DNA of 64,000 nucleotides, from the NCBI RefSeq assembly GCF_041146345.1, contig NW_027191417.1:1488001-1552000 (forward strand), in the 5' to 3' direction. Source of the DNA: Neodothiora populina. Its lineage: Eukaryota. The translations under genes were made by a program, and so were the position numbers. Under the pieces are notes generated by a model. It made no database searches and was not told where the DNA came from. It saw nothing but the letters and a program-made list of their open reading frames with translations. This document shows positions 13,356 through 24,922 of the stretch, one piece after another (positions within the stretch are counted from its first letter, which is position 1; each line of letters opens with the position of its first letter).

Positions 13356-14424
13356 TCACGCCTTCCCAGCAGCGGCAAACCACTTGGTGAACCACCTGAT
13401 AGCCTGCGCTTCCGCCTGCTTTCCTCTCTGCGCCTCTTCAACATCATTCTCATCCGCGCGGACAGCGAAACCATGAGTGGCGCCCTCGTACCAGATGAAC
13501 TCATGCTGAGCGCCATCGACGCTCTGCGTCTTCTTCTCCAGGATCTCCCTCGTCAGCTCCCCTTGCTCGCGACTCATCTGAGGATCAAGCCTGCCCGCAG
13601 CCGCAACCGAAAGCGGCAACTCCACAGCTTCGATACTGGCAGGGTAGGACAACATGGAGGGATGGGCTGTGAAACCGCAAACAACTAAGGGTTCACCGGT
13701 CCCGCCGCTCTGACCTGGACTCTGCGGCTGCGCCTGGCTGACGGGTGGAGTGGCGCGGTCGATGGCAGAGCATAACTTCAGCGTGTACAGGCCGCCCCAG
13801 CAGAACCCTGCTGCTCCAACGGGAAGATTTGGGTGGGATATCTTGAGGCCACGGAAGAACTCTATGACTCCTGGATGGACTTTTTTCTGGGTGTTGCTCC
13901 AGAAGAAGGGTATGATGTGGTATGCGAACAGTCCGTAAGCGTAGAGCTTCTTGATGAACCCTGTAGGACCTGTGGCCTCGAGTGTGGATAGCCATTCTGC
14001 TAGATAGCTTGGAACGACACAGCCTATTTCGAAAGATCAGTCTCCGCTTGTCAATGCTCAAGTGAAGAACTTCCCAATATTGAGGTCCTCTGCTCTGAAC
14101 AGCAGGCAAGCCAAGCCACACTGCATGTCAAGAAGAAACACACAACACCAAAGAGCAGAATAAAGACTCACCATCCATAAAATCAGGAAGCAAGACCGAA
14201 AATCCCCCCTTCCTGGCATAATCATCCGCTAAGATACGATTGTTAGGGAACGTCCAACCAAAGATATCCGGAAGAACCACCACAATGCCCTTTGCGGCTT
14301 CCACGCCGCCCGGCGGCACAGCTATATACGTGTCGAACCCATGAAGCTTGCTGACTTCGCCCGTGGGGGCTCCGGTGTGCAGGGAGCCGGTTGCACAGCA
14401 AGGTTTGAGACCGCCGACAGACAT
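13356..14424 (-). CDS. Dienelactone hydrolase family protein; intron 14024-14171
   Basis: MSVGGLKPCCATGSLHTG, LPDIFGW, NNRILADDYA, nucleophile elbow GFCWGG, FTAHPS and HGFAVR. The splice restores one continuous frame. Confidence 0.92.
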
Positions 14425-15352
14425 TTTCTGAGCAGGAAGATATCGATTCTGACTGGGTGTGATTCTCAAAGTACCTAAGCTTGGAAGTCGGGAATTGTTC
14501 AGGTATATCTCAACCGTTTATATATAGGTTTTGGAGCATAGGATGATCATGTGGGGGATGCCATGCAGTACTTATAGCACCTAGTGCAATCTACAAGAAC
14601 GAATATCAGACCATTTCTCCCGGTACGTGTAGATACGCCGGCCATTCGACTGTGGGCATCTCATCTATTGGTGGGTGTGTAGTAGTCTACAATTTATTAG
14701 AGGTAACCCAATACAGCAGCGGTATTGATTCCTCCCGTGGTCGGTGGCGGATTATGGGCGCGCGTTTGGGCCCTACACGAGCCAATCATACATTGCAACT
14801 TCGGACAATTCAATTGCTCCGCCTCACGGTAATACAGTAAGTGGATCTATCAGCTAGTCGTCTAGATTAATGGGCTCTGTTGTGGTACAGTATTAAAGGA
14901 CGAAGACAGCCTAGGCAGATCATAAGAGCAAAGAAAGGTGAACATTACTGCAGCATAGGCTAGATTGCACCAAAGTTCATTCTTCAGACAAAGTAGGTCA
15001 CCACTTGATGGCAGAGGAGGCTGCGTCACGATCCTCCTGGAGCATGCATCTGTGTCATCGTCACAACACCGATGAAATCAAAGGCCAAGCGTGGAAATCG
15101 GAATGGATATGACACTGCAGAAATACCAGTGAACACGCTACATTATGATGATTCAACAGCGCAGATGCTTCAGTCCTATAAGGCGCAGCCTCAAGACTAA
15201 AGCACTGCCGTTGATTTTCGATTTAGCATGTCCAGCCCTTTCCGTTGCAGATGATGCGCAATGTCCAGTCCCCCAAAAGAGAATCAATAAAAGTCGTTGA
15301 ACAGAAGTGAAAAAGCCCAGCATCTTCGGCAGCCGTACCGCCGTCTTATTCC

Positions 15353-16984
15353 TCAAAAGATCGTTCGTCTCTTCTCAGCAGCGCTCATCAGGCCTCCAAG
15401 CATGTTGCGTCTCCTCTCTTGTCCTTGCTGAATTGGACTAGGCAGTTGTCTGACGAAGTTGGACATGTCAAATGCATCGCTCTGGCTCTTCTCGCTATTT
15501 GGCGTCTGGACAGCGCTACCATATGCGCCAAGGCCTTCAAGGCTGCCGTTCGAACCCTTCTGCGCATGGCGCTCGAAACCAATCGGACTCTGCTTGCGAT
15601 AGGTAGAGTCATCCAGATCGGCACGGAAGGTAAGCTCCCTCTCGCTCACGGGGCTGCTACGCGAAGAGCCGCTGACCGCGCGGCGGACGGAGCCGGCGCG
15701 CATGAGGTTAGTCAAGGCGGCGCGACGCTGACGGGTTGCGAAGTTCTTGCTGCCTTCGTGCTTGGCAGTGGGGGCAGCAACGAGCTCTTCCAGGTTGGGG
15801 GGGTTGCGAGGCTGGCGAATGGGATGCTCTCCGGCACGGGCGGCACCAGGTCCAAAGCCTCCAGTCATTGGCGTAGGAGGAAAGACTGAGCGAGCCGATC
15901 CATTAACGGCAGCGGTCTTGGGGCCATCGCTCAAAGCACCATTCATAGGATTGATGGCGAGCGAGGAAGCCTTCTTATGTCCCCGACGGAAAGCGTTGGC
16001 GGATGGGGGTGGAAGCGGTTCGACATGAGCAAGGTTCGATGTCGGAGAAGGTGTCTTCTTTGGGGGTGTAATGGAGCGGGAGGTGTTGGGCGTCGGACGC
16101 TCGCTTGGGGGCGGAGAAATTTCCGCACGGAAAGCGGGAGCCCGCTGAGAGTAGTCAGACGATTTGTCTGCTGTGTTGCCATTGTTGTAGCCCAAAGACG
16201 TCTGCTGCTGGGAACCGCTGTCTACCATGTACTGGTACTGACCAGTCATCGGGTTATAGACTGCGAAAAGTCCAGGCTGGCCAGGGACCTCCATAGGAGA
16301 TTGTGCCTTTTGCTGTTGCTGACCATAACCGTTCTGGGGAGAGATTGGGGTCATGGGTCCTTGCTGGAACTGACCCAAGTTAAGTCCTTGAAACTGGGCC
16401 TGGACTTGAGCGGCAGCCGTGATGCTAGCCAGCTGCTGTTGTAGCTGACGCTGACGCTCAGCTAGGAAATAGCTTGTGAGCTGCAGCTGCTCCATAACAG
16501 ATGGATCCATGTCAGAGTCCTGACCAGAGTAGAACGTGGGAGGAGCCAGAACTTGCTCGGGCATGGTGAACATTTGGCTGTGACGCGAGTTGTTACCAGA
16601 ATACTGAGCACCCGAATATCCGCTACCAGTAGCTGTCTGGGGTACGCCTTGCATGTAGGCATTGTACATGCCATTCTCGCCATACTGGTTGTCCTGTGTC
16701 TGATACTGATATTGATTCTGATCATAAGGCGCAGAAGCCGGGGCAGCCGGCGTCTTGGGCTGAGTGCGAAGACCAGAAAGCATATGAGCACGGCTCGTGC
16801 GTGGAGTGGGGTTAGGATCAGCCTGATGCTCACTGATCGAGTTCACCTTGGGGGGGAGGGCGAGACTCAAGCGCTTCGAGTTGTTGGTGTTTCTGTTGCG
16901 AGAAGCAAAACCAGACCCCGGGACGCCGAGGCCATTGGAAGAAAAGCCGTTAAAAGTCATCTGAGCGAGACCACCAGTGTCCAT
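15353..16984 (-). CDS. Low-complexity (Q/S/P-rich) fungal protein of unknown function, 543 aa
   Basis: Long intronless ORF with motif-like blocks KRLSLALPP, TPRTSRAHMLSGLRT, AFRRGHKKASSL and PIRQPRNPPNLEEL...SKNFATRQRR. Confidence 0.85.
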   Translation of the reverse strand: MDTGGLAQMTFNGFSSNGLGVPGSGFASRNRNTNNSKRLSLALPPKVNSISEHQADPNPTPRTSRAHMLSGLRTQPKTPAAPASAPYDQNQYQYQTQDNQYGENGMYNAYMQGVPQTATGSGYSGAQYSGNNSRHSQMFTMPEQVLAPPTFYSGQDSDMDPSVMEQLQLTSYFLAERQRQLQQQLASITAAAQVQAQFQGLNLGQFQQGPMTPISPQNGYGQQQQKAQSPMEVPGQPGLFAVYNPMTGQYQYMVDSGSQQQTSLGYNNGNTADKSSDYSQRAPAFRAEISPPPSERPTPNTSRSITPPKKTPSPTSNLAHVEPLPPPSANAFRRGHKKASSLAINPMNGALSDGPKTAAVNGSARSVFPPTPMTGGFGPGAARAGEHPIRQPRNPPNLEELVAAPTAKHEGSKNFATRQRRAALTNLMRAGSVRRAVSGSSRSSPVSERELTFRADLDDSTYRKQSPIGFERHAQKGSNGSLEGLGAYGSAVQTPNSEKSQSDAFDMSNFVRQLPSPIQQGQERRRNMLGGLMSAAEKRRTIF

Positions 16985-19036
16985 CTCGTGTTTATTACAG
17001 GTTTATTTGGGATTTTGTGCGTAGGCGCGTGTTGATGTTAAGTTTGAATCTCGTTAAAATGTACCGTCGTCAAGAAAGAAGTGCTGCTCTGATGAAAAAA
17101 ATTCTGGCAGCAGAAAAGGTGATGAATCGGGCAAAGTCAACCTAATTGTGATGGAAGACCGGTCCTGGTGAGTAATGAAAGAAGTAGAAGAATTCGCCTG
17201 GTGTAAGTGATTCGCGTGGTGCTTGACAGGAAGGCAGCAGCGATGCTTGAAATCACAAGGCGTTGGATTACAAGGGTTTAGTAACCAAATGTGAAGTGTA
17301 AGAGCCTTTGAGGTACTGCTAATAGTATAAAGCAACGCAAGAGTTTGCAGGCAATCTCTGCTTTGATCGTCGAAAAATGTTGTGTTGTGTAGACTCCGAT
17401 GTTCTCTTTTTAGTGTAGTGTGATAAGATAGTTTGCACGCAAAGCGAAATCAATCAATCAAAGAACGCAACAGGCGCGGTCGATGCTGACTGCGCAGACA
17501 AAGACAATAAAAAAAACTTCTCTCGAAGGTCTTCCTTTGTTTCAAGGCAAGCAATGATGCTGGATTGATACTTGCAAAGAGAGGGGGAAGAGGGGTTGTG
17601 AGGTTGCTTTACAGTGCCACAGAGAAAGTCGGCAACAGCAGTTAGCAACAGGGACGCGTCCAGGCGGGAGAGTAATTAAGAGTACAGGCAAATGTTGCTG
17701 GCTGATATTGAAAGATGAGACGATGCAGCCAGTAGAGCAAGGCAGCAAAAAGGAAGGAGAGACGGTCAAGCGTGGAGTGAAGGTGGGAGAACAGAAACAA
17801 GAGCTGAGGTGCGGTGGGCGAAGAAAGAAGCATACAAATTGGAAAGCGCGATCCGCTCTTGTCCCCTGGGCTGTTTTTGTCCGTAGCCAAATCCCTTGGC
17901 GCGTTGGCCAATCTTCGCCTTCCACGTTGCTGATTGGACTCAAGTGCAAGGGTCCACCCAGTGCTAAGCTCAAGCGTGTGATAGGTTTCGACCAGTGAAA
18001 GTTGGAGCAGTTTCAGGAGTCATTTCCAGCAATACGGAGAACATCTGGGCTGCTACGCAACGGACCATGGTTTGGTCCAGCATGAAATGACTTCTTAGAT
18101 TGACTTCTATAACGGTATGCTATTCATTGAGAACTCATCTCTTGGCCTCAGACCTATTGTAGATGTGGCTGTCTCGCTGTTTTAGACAACAGAAACCGCA
18201 ACGTTCTGCTCTGGAGCATCTCTCGTGCTCTCGCCGGATTTAGATCGGTCGGCTCACATCCAATCCGGGTGTCTATGCATCTCTGATGGTACTTGCTTAA
18301 CGAGCCAACCGGAACCTCTGAAGATCCGCGCTGCACAGCTACTATCCGCCGGTAGTCATAATTGCGACGTGTGCATGTGAATATGGCATAAAGATAGATG
18401 CATGGCAGTGGGATGGTGGTGTAATTGTTTCACCGTAAGGGTCGTAAACGCGGTCGACTTTTGTGCGCATGTCGTTTGTCTCAGCTTACTAGTTTGCCGA
18501 TCCTCCGCACTCGTGAACTTGAAACGAAGCAAGGCAGCAATTCCTTGCTGATCCTGATACACCACCTGTCAACTTGATACTACACGGGAAGCAAAGTGCG
18601 ATCTTCGAAGCCGTTTCTAAGGGTGCAACGATTGCGTGTACATAAAACGTATGGCGTCCTCGTACGTTTTTCGTCATTGAAATCGTTGCTTGATATGCCG
18701 AGCCAGTATGGCTCTGTGAAGTGGATGTGTCCAGCTTAAAGTAGTCACAGTAGTATGCTTGAAACACTTCGAGACGTGGAATCTATTCAGTATCAATCCA
18801 CGTGGATGTCGTAATCAGATCTTGCTTCCTTTGCTTAAATGTACATTGATGAGCTCGATCAACTCCATGTCAAAATCCTGCAACATGAAGCAACCAATCT
18901 CAGGTGTCTATATCAGTTCGTATACAGGTAGCAAATGCCAGAATTAAAAGTTTGTCAAATCGGGATGCGACGTCAGTCATTCCTGTAAAGAACACTACGC
19001 TGATCAGAAGCAGCCTGTCCTCAGCTGATTCGCGTC

Positions 19037-19882
19037 TCACTTGTCGTAAACTTCGTCCACAGCCATGGAGTCGCGATATACTTCAGCGTACTTGCCGTCT
19101 CTATCACCCGTTTCCTTCTGGCTGTCCAATATCTTTTTCAATTCCTCAATCTCTGTATGATCTCTGGTATGTCTCATCCTCCTACACCATTTCAGATCGC
19201 CATCCACAAATATCCACTCACCTCCATTCTGACTCTTTTTCCCTGGGTTTACCGTGATATTGCTCAAGCCTTGCCAGACACCTGCAGCCACGGACCCAAG
19301 AAAGCTCTGCTTGATATAATCCGGCTTTCTATCTCCTAATGCCAGACTTGACGTCATGCCTAGAGATATGTGAAGTGCGCGCGTAGGATCCGTAAAGACG
19401 TCGTACTTGCAGTTCGTATTGCGAATGAAGTCGTTGATGAGGGAAGGATCACCGCAGCCAATGATGGTCAGTGTCGTCGGTGGATTGCGCAAGTAGAGTC
19501 CAGCGGGCGAGATATGTGAAGACAGCGCTCTCACATACTCTTGACACATCTGTCGTTACAGAGTTAGTGATGGTTTCTACATGCGACTGTCATCGACTTC
19601 CGTCAGTGGTCGTGCGCGGATTCAAATTACCCCGCAGAAGAAGTGTCGGATGAACACGATAATATTGCGCCTCTCTGTGGGCTCCCTGCGATCCCACAGA
19701 CTTCTGAATTTGTGCGGTTTGCCATCGCTATCGAAAACGGGCAGTTCACCTGCTTCGATCACTCGTGATTCGGGAGGGAGTCGGTTTTGATCATCGACTG
19801 TCATCTCTGAATCGTATGTGGACGTAGAAGAGGAAGACGTGTTAGACATGTAAGATGGCCGAGACACAGCAGATGGTGTCAT
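19037..19882 (-). CDS. Second AhpC/TSA-like (PRXL2C/AAED1-like) protein; intron 19550-19630
   Basis: IIVFIRHFFCG|MCQEY gives a CxxC across the intron. Also IIGCGDP, FTDPTRALH and QNGGEWIF...RMRHTRDH. Confidence 0.88.
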
Positions 19883-21837
19883 GCTGGATATTCTCACACG
19901 CAGAGTACTCTCAACAGATAATGCAAACACTGGATCTTATCAGGAACAGACAGTGAACTAGTCAGTATGGTTTTTTCAATTTCATCTAGGGCGGCTATCG
20001 ATGTTGATCAAAACTGGGGAGCTAGCTGTCCTTATGAACAGCTTCATGCCAACTCGTTGGTTTGATAATATGGCAAGCGAAGCCTCATCCAGACCTCAGT
20101 CCATCACAACCGTAGCGTGCATGCAATTGTAGACGGGGTTCAACCGGATGCGCAAGATTGATTGGCGATGCTGAGCTGTTGATGCTGATGGTGGTGGTCC
20201 GTGAAATAAAGCCTGAGACCAGGGCTCTTCCTCCATCTTAGGGCTCGGGCAAAACCTTCCGTACCATTGGATCGACTGCAAGTATCAGAGCGACGACTAG
20301 ACACCGGAGAGGAGGCTCATGCGCTATCCTCAGACATTGCGAAGGACATGAAGCTACAGGCGATGGGATGTTCGCTGCCTCCGACGCAGTCTACAATTGT
20401 ATAGCAAGTGCGAGGGGGTTCGCCCTCCCCTTGAGGTCGCTTCACACGTTTCATGTGGAATCCCTGCTCACCACGTTCTCTTCGCACATCCATGCCGTGC
20501 AACCAGCATGCATCAAGCCCCTTGCACGCTCCACATGTCACGCTTGCTTCTAGCGTCATGTATGGGTGCAGGCGAGGTAATCCGTACATGGTTAACACAG
20601 ATATCTTTCTGACTTATACTCAACTTGCTATCGACGATCTCCGATGCAATGGTGTACGGTAGCTCGTCTCATTCTCTTCCAAAAGGGACAACTCAGGCGG
20701 CCAGTCAGAAGAGCACCACATGCAGAACCCAGCATTGCGCTCTTTCAGAAGAAGCCATGTCACCAATTTGTCATCTATACTTCCTTGACTCGCTCTATCG
20801 CGAGTTCCTGGTATGCCGATATGGTCGGTTCTGATCCATTACTCTTGAGGCAATATTCTTTCTGATCCGAAGTGGATGTCGGCGCTGTTGATGTCAGGAG
20901 CTTTGTGTCGTTCCTTCAACTTCTTGACTGATGGCTGTCTCCGAGTCATTGCTTGTTTTCGTCTCAGATCGCCTTCCAGTGCTGGTAGTGTTCTCTCGCA
21001 ATCTGCAACAAGCAAATTTGCTTTCCTCTCAAAAGTCAAACATGTTGCAAGGCTTGACTTGCGCTTAGATATCTCGGGAACTCTTATTCGAGTCATGCCT
21101 TGAGCATCTGTGATCATTACGAAGAGGCGGACACAACTTAGGCGAAGTATAATAGCTGTTCCCGAACACTGGGTCGAATTATCTGTCAATACCAATCGAT
21201 CGCGAAGCCGCGAAATCGTGAGCAATCAGTATGCTCGACTGTGGATGCTTGGCACCATAGAGAGCCTCATTTACATTTTCCGGTGTAGCTGTGTTCGACA
21301 TGGTAATTAAGTGCTTTAGATCAAGGGGCACATGGCGCACATACATCTTAAGACCGGTTCTGGGACATCCTGTGAATTCCGAGAGAAGCAATGATTCTGC
21401 TATATGCTCCTTGATACTTCATACTGGGCAGTTTTCGAGAAGCGGACAGCCCTACCATTGTATACATACACTGAGGAGCTTGGCATATATGTCTGGAATT
21501 TTAATGGATCAAAGAGCTTGTTTCCTGACAATAAGCATCTTCAAATCCAGGATCATATTGCAGAACGCTCGCTATCACGAAGATCTAATTTTTCGTCACA
21601 TCAACCGAATGATGTACGGAATGACGTGAGCATCAGCATGCTGCTGGATTGTGCTGCACAGCTGCACTGCATATCATTCTGTCAAGCCGAAGCTTACCTT
21701 GCCAAACAGCACGTACTCACAGTGATCTGCATACGGTAGAGCTTCTATGCGGGAAGGTCCATCCCAGGTACACGAAAATGTAACTGTGTACAGATGATTT
21801 ATTCGGGACACATTAAACCGAGAACATGTTTGTTTAT

Positions 21838-21872
21838 GTGGGGATGGCACATATGCGGGGCTATAAGCGGAG
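21838..21872 (+). promoter_or_regulatory. Three CreA/Mig1-type SYGGRG sites upstream of the aldolase
   Basis: GTGGGG 21838, GCGGGG 21855 and GCGGAG 21867, about 185-220 bp upstream of ATG 22057. Confidence 0.5.
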
Positions 21873-22056
21873 AGAATGACGATGCGGCAATCGTGAGACT
21901 CGAGGTAGATGCCGACGCTGCACCTGTGTGTTCCACACTTCAAATGACATGTTAGCAGATACAACGTCCATGTTTTCAACATCTCTATTTCTTGTACCAT
22001 ATAGATCATCGATCAGTCAATCAGTCGATCAATCAAATTCTCAAGGCACTCTGACC

Positions 22057-22994
22057 ATGACGCTTAACAAACTCACTTCCAACCGGGCGGTTCAGATGCT
22101 CAATGCTGCTGCGGAGGGAAAATATGGCGTCTTAGGTGTGGTGTCGTACAATATGGAAACGATCATTGGAGCAATACGTGCAGCAGAAGCCAAACGAGCC
22201 CCTCTACAGATCCTACTATTCCCATGGGCTCTGAAGTTCTCTCCGCTCTTTGTCGACTTTGCAGTGCATGCCGCGAGATCAGCGTCTGTTCCTGTGACGG
22301 TACATATGGACCATGCGCAAGAGCCCGAGATAATCGATCGTGCGTCCCAAATCAAGGCACCTGATGGATCTCCCGCATTTGACTCCATCATGGTCGACAT
22401 GAGCCATTACGAGAAGGAGGAAAACCTGGCTAAGACGACCGAACTCGTCAAGCTATGTCACAGTCGCGGCATCGCAACGGAAGCCGAGCCAGGTAGAATT
22501 GAGGGTGGCGAGGATGGTGTCAAGGACACTGCTGAGCTCCAAGGAATGATGACCACGGCGGAGGAAGTGGATGATTTCATTGCCACGGGTATTGACTTTC
22601 TTGCCCCTGCGTTCGGAAACGTCCACGGCGATTACCATGGTGTTGAGAACATTCACCTCGACTACGACAGGTATGACGAGTCAAGATCTAGCTGTACTAA
22701 ACGAGAATGCTAATGCGCTGTAGGCTTGCCTCGATTCACGAAAAGTCCAAGGGTCGGGTGCAGGTGGTCTTGCACGGAACCAACGAGTTCATCCCTGAGA
22801 TCTTGAACGAATGCATCGAACGCGGCGTTACCAGAGTCAATGTCAACAAGATGGTCTTGTCCGACTACTTTGAGTATGTGAATGCAAACACCGGCAAGGT
22901 ACCCCTGACGGAACTATTGGAGACCGGAACGGCCAAGATTCAGGCACAGTGTGAGGGTTGGATGGATGCTATGGGATGCTCAGGGAAATACTAA
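22057..22994 (+). CDS. Class II (metal-dependent) ketose-bisphosphate aldolase-like protein, not the glycolytic FBA1 type; intron 22671-22723
   Basis: VHMDHA, FDSIMVDMSH, EAEPGRIEGGEDGV, APAFGNVHG, VLHG and RVNVN. About 295 aa, resembling the GatY/KbaY-type subfamily. Confidence 0.92.
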
Positions 22995-23263
22995 ATGTAT
23001 CCATTTGTTGATACATATTTAGCTCGAAGAAAGCTCCATCCACCCAATCTGATTTGGCATGTATAGGGTTATATCCAGACTACTCTTCACATCAGACGTG
23101 AGATAAATTTGGGAAAAAAGGGATAGGGCAAAGCCATAGCTTGAAAGCATATGCTTATGTATCCACTGTTCTTTCCACACTGGAGAAACGACCACTTGGA
23201 ACACATGGATTTTATATATTTGGATTTGACAGAGTGAGTCGATATATGGAGGTCTCTAGTGAC

Positions 23264-24217
23264 TCAGTGCTCTTTCAAAGACTCTGCAAAGTCCTCTACA
23301 GCCTGTTTGAAACTCGAGTCCGCCTTGAATCCCAGGCTGAGGGCCTTCGTGATGTCGAAGCGGATCGGCCAACTCTCTAACATATCCTTGATCTCCTGAG
23401 ATGCCTTTTCTCTCTTCACCAAGGCCACAGCTTTGTCTCCGCCTACCTCCCTGAGAGCGTTGAGCATCTCTGCGACGTTCGCTGTAATACCAGGCAAATT
23501 CACTTGTCTGATGTGCACCGGCAGACAATCTCTCTGTAGAGTCAAGGAGTGCATGAGATTATTGACCAGTGTACGAGGTGAACAGAGCCATGCCTGGAAG
23601 CCATCGTCGCACGGCAATACACTCTCCTTGCCCTGTAATGGCTCACGGATGATTCCTGACATCCAGGACGAAGCTGCCTTAGTGGGTTTGCCGGGCCTGA
23701 CTGAAATAGTAGGAAAACGAAGAGAGAACCCATTGATGAGGTTGCGGCGGGTGTAGTCGTTGATGACATACTCGATCATGCTTTTCTGTGTACCGTACGA
23801 AGAGCCGGGCGTCGGTACCGTCGCTTCCGAGGGTGCCTCCGGTAAAGGTTGGCCATAGATGGCTGTGCTCGAAGCATAGATGACTCTCGTGCCCGGACAT
23901 GTCTTGCGAATGGCTTCGAGCAGACGTAGTGTGCTATGCAGATTCACTCGATATCCGAGGTCAAAGTCAGCTTCTGAGCCGGCGGACATGATTCCATGGA
24001 AGATGAAAATGGTGTCGAGGTCAGGTGCAAGAACAGCTTCGGGGTCTTCGTAGAGATCGGCCTTGACGCATTTAGCATTTTGTTTATTGCTCTCTGCTTT
24101 GGGTGGAACGGGTGGTTCAAAGATGTCCACTAAGACGACGTTGTGTGATGCATTCAAGAGATGCTCCGCGAGCATCTGGCCAACAAAGCCGCCGGCACCA
24201 GTGATTAGGATCTTCAT
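23264..24217 (-). CDS. Extended SDR / NAD-dependent epimerase-dehydrogenase, D-erythronate dehydrogenase (DenD)-like; 317 aa, intronless
   Basis: TGAGGFVG Rossmann motif and SYGTQK (YxxxK). IMSAGSEADFDLGYRVN and LRFPTISVRPGKPTKAASSWMSGIIREPL resemble DenD-family blocks. Confidence 0.85.
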   Translation of the reverse strand: MKILITGAGGFVGQMLAEHLLNASHNVVLVDIFEPPVPPKAESNKQNAKCVKADLYEDPEAVLAPDLDTIFIFHGIMSAGSEADFDLGYRVNLHSTLRLLEAIRKTCPGTRVIYASSTAIYGQPLPEAPSEATVPTPGSSYGTQKSMIEYVINDYTRRNLINGFSLRFPTISVRPGKPTKAASSWMSGIIREPLQGKESVLPCDDGFQAWLCSPRTLVNNLMHSLTLQRDCLPVHIRQVNLPGITANVAEMLNALREVGGDKAVALVKREKASQEIKDMLESWPIRFDITKALSLGFKADSSFKQAVEDFAESLKEH

Positions 24218-24356
24218 ACTGTGATTTCGAAGTCGAGTTTCAATGTTCACAACCCTTTTTTGCGTGATGAAAGGGAGGTGATAAGTCTCTTGGTTGGAGT
24301 GCTGTTGCGCGTCACCAGCACAAAACTTGGTTATCTGATTACAAGGATATAGTGAT

Positions 24357-24670
24357 GTGGGGTTGATCCAACCAGCAGTAGTGTACGAGTGCTTTATGGT
24401 CAACCATAAGTAATGATACGGTCTTCTTTCCGTGCCATCGGTGCAAGTCATAGACCGAGCGGTAGCTGATCTTTTCGTCACTTCCGCCGTGCACAATCCT
24501 ACGTTATAACATCACAACATCCGAGTTGCCGATGTTGCGTAGCTCCGTACAGCAGGAGCCTCTGCCTGTGGAGCCCCTCTATACTTGTAACAAGGCAGAT
24601 CTGCATCGGGTGCCACACATACCTCTTGCGGGGCGCTCTGGGGAAGCGGGCAGGCCCCACAACCCCGGAG
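24357..24670. promoter_or_regulatory. Bidirectional promoter with a cluster of CreA-type SYGGRG sites
   Basis: GTGGGG 24357, GTGGAG 24568, GCGGGG 24628, CTGGGG 24638, CCCCAC 24655, CCCCGG 24663 and CCGGAG 24665, between divergent ATGs 24217 and 24923. Confidence 0.55.
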
Positions 24671-24922
24671 TATTGTCCTCGGATGCCTCAACATGGTTAA
24701 TCCAATAGCCTATCTTTGTGCTTTAAATAATACATCAACCTGGATGATTCAGTGCTCGGTCTATTCTTGAGGCGAGAAACGGTGAACTATTTGGGTGAGA
24801 TTTGAATCAATGGAGCCCAGGCGGCTTCGTATGAATTTCTTGCCTGGCCCCCGAAATATATCAAGAACTCACTTTCGCTACGATTCACATGTCACTACCT
24901 TCCCTCGTTATTGAACCCCAAG

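Noticed and set aside
20100..21750. Searched for a missing kinase or regulator of the aldolase cluster
   Set aside because: Only short ORFs without Zn-cluster, DUF1537 or other recognisable motifs in the frames I examined.
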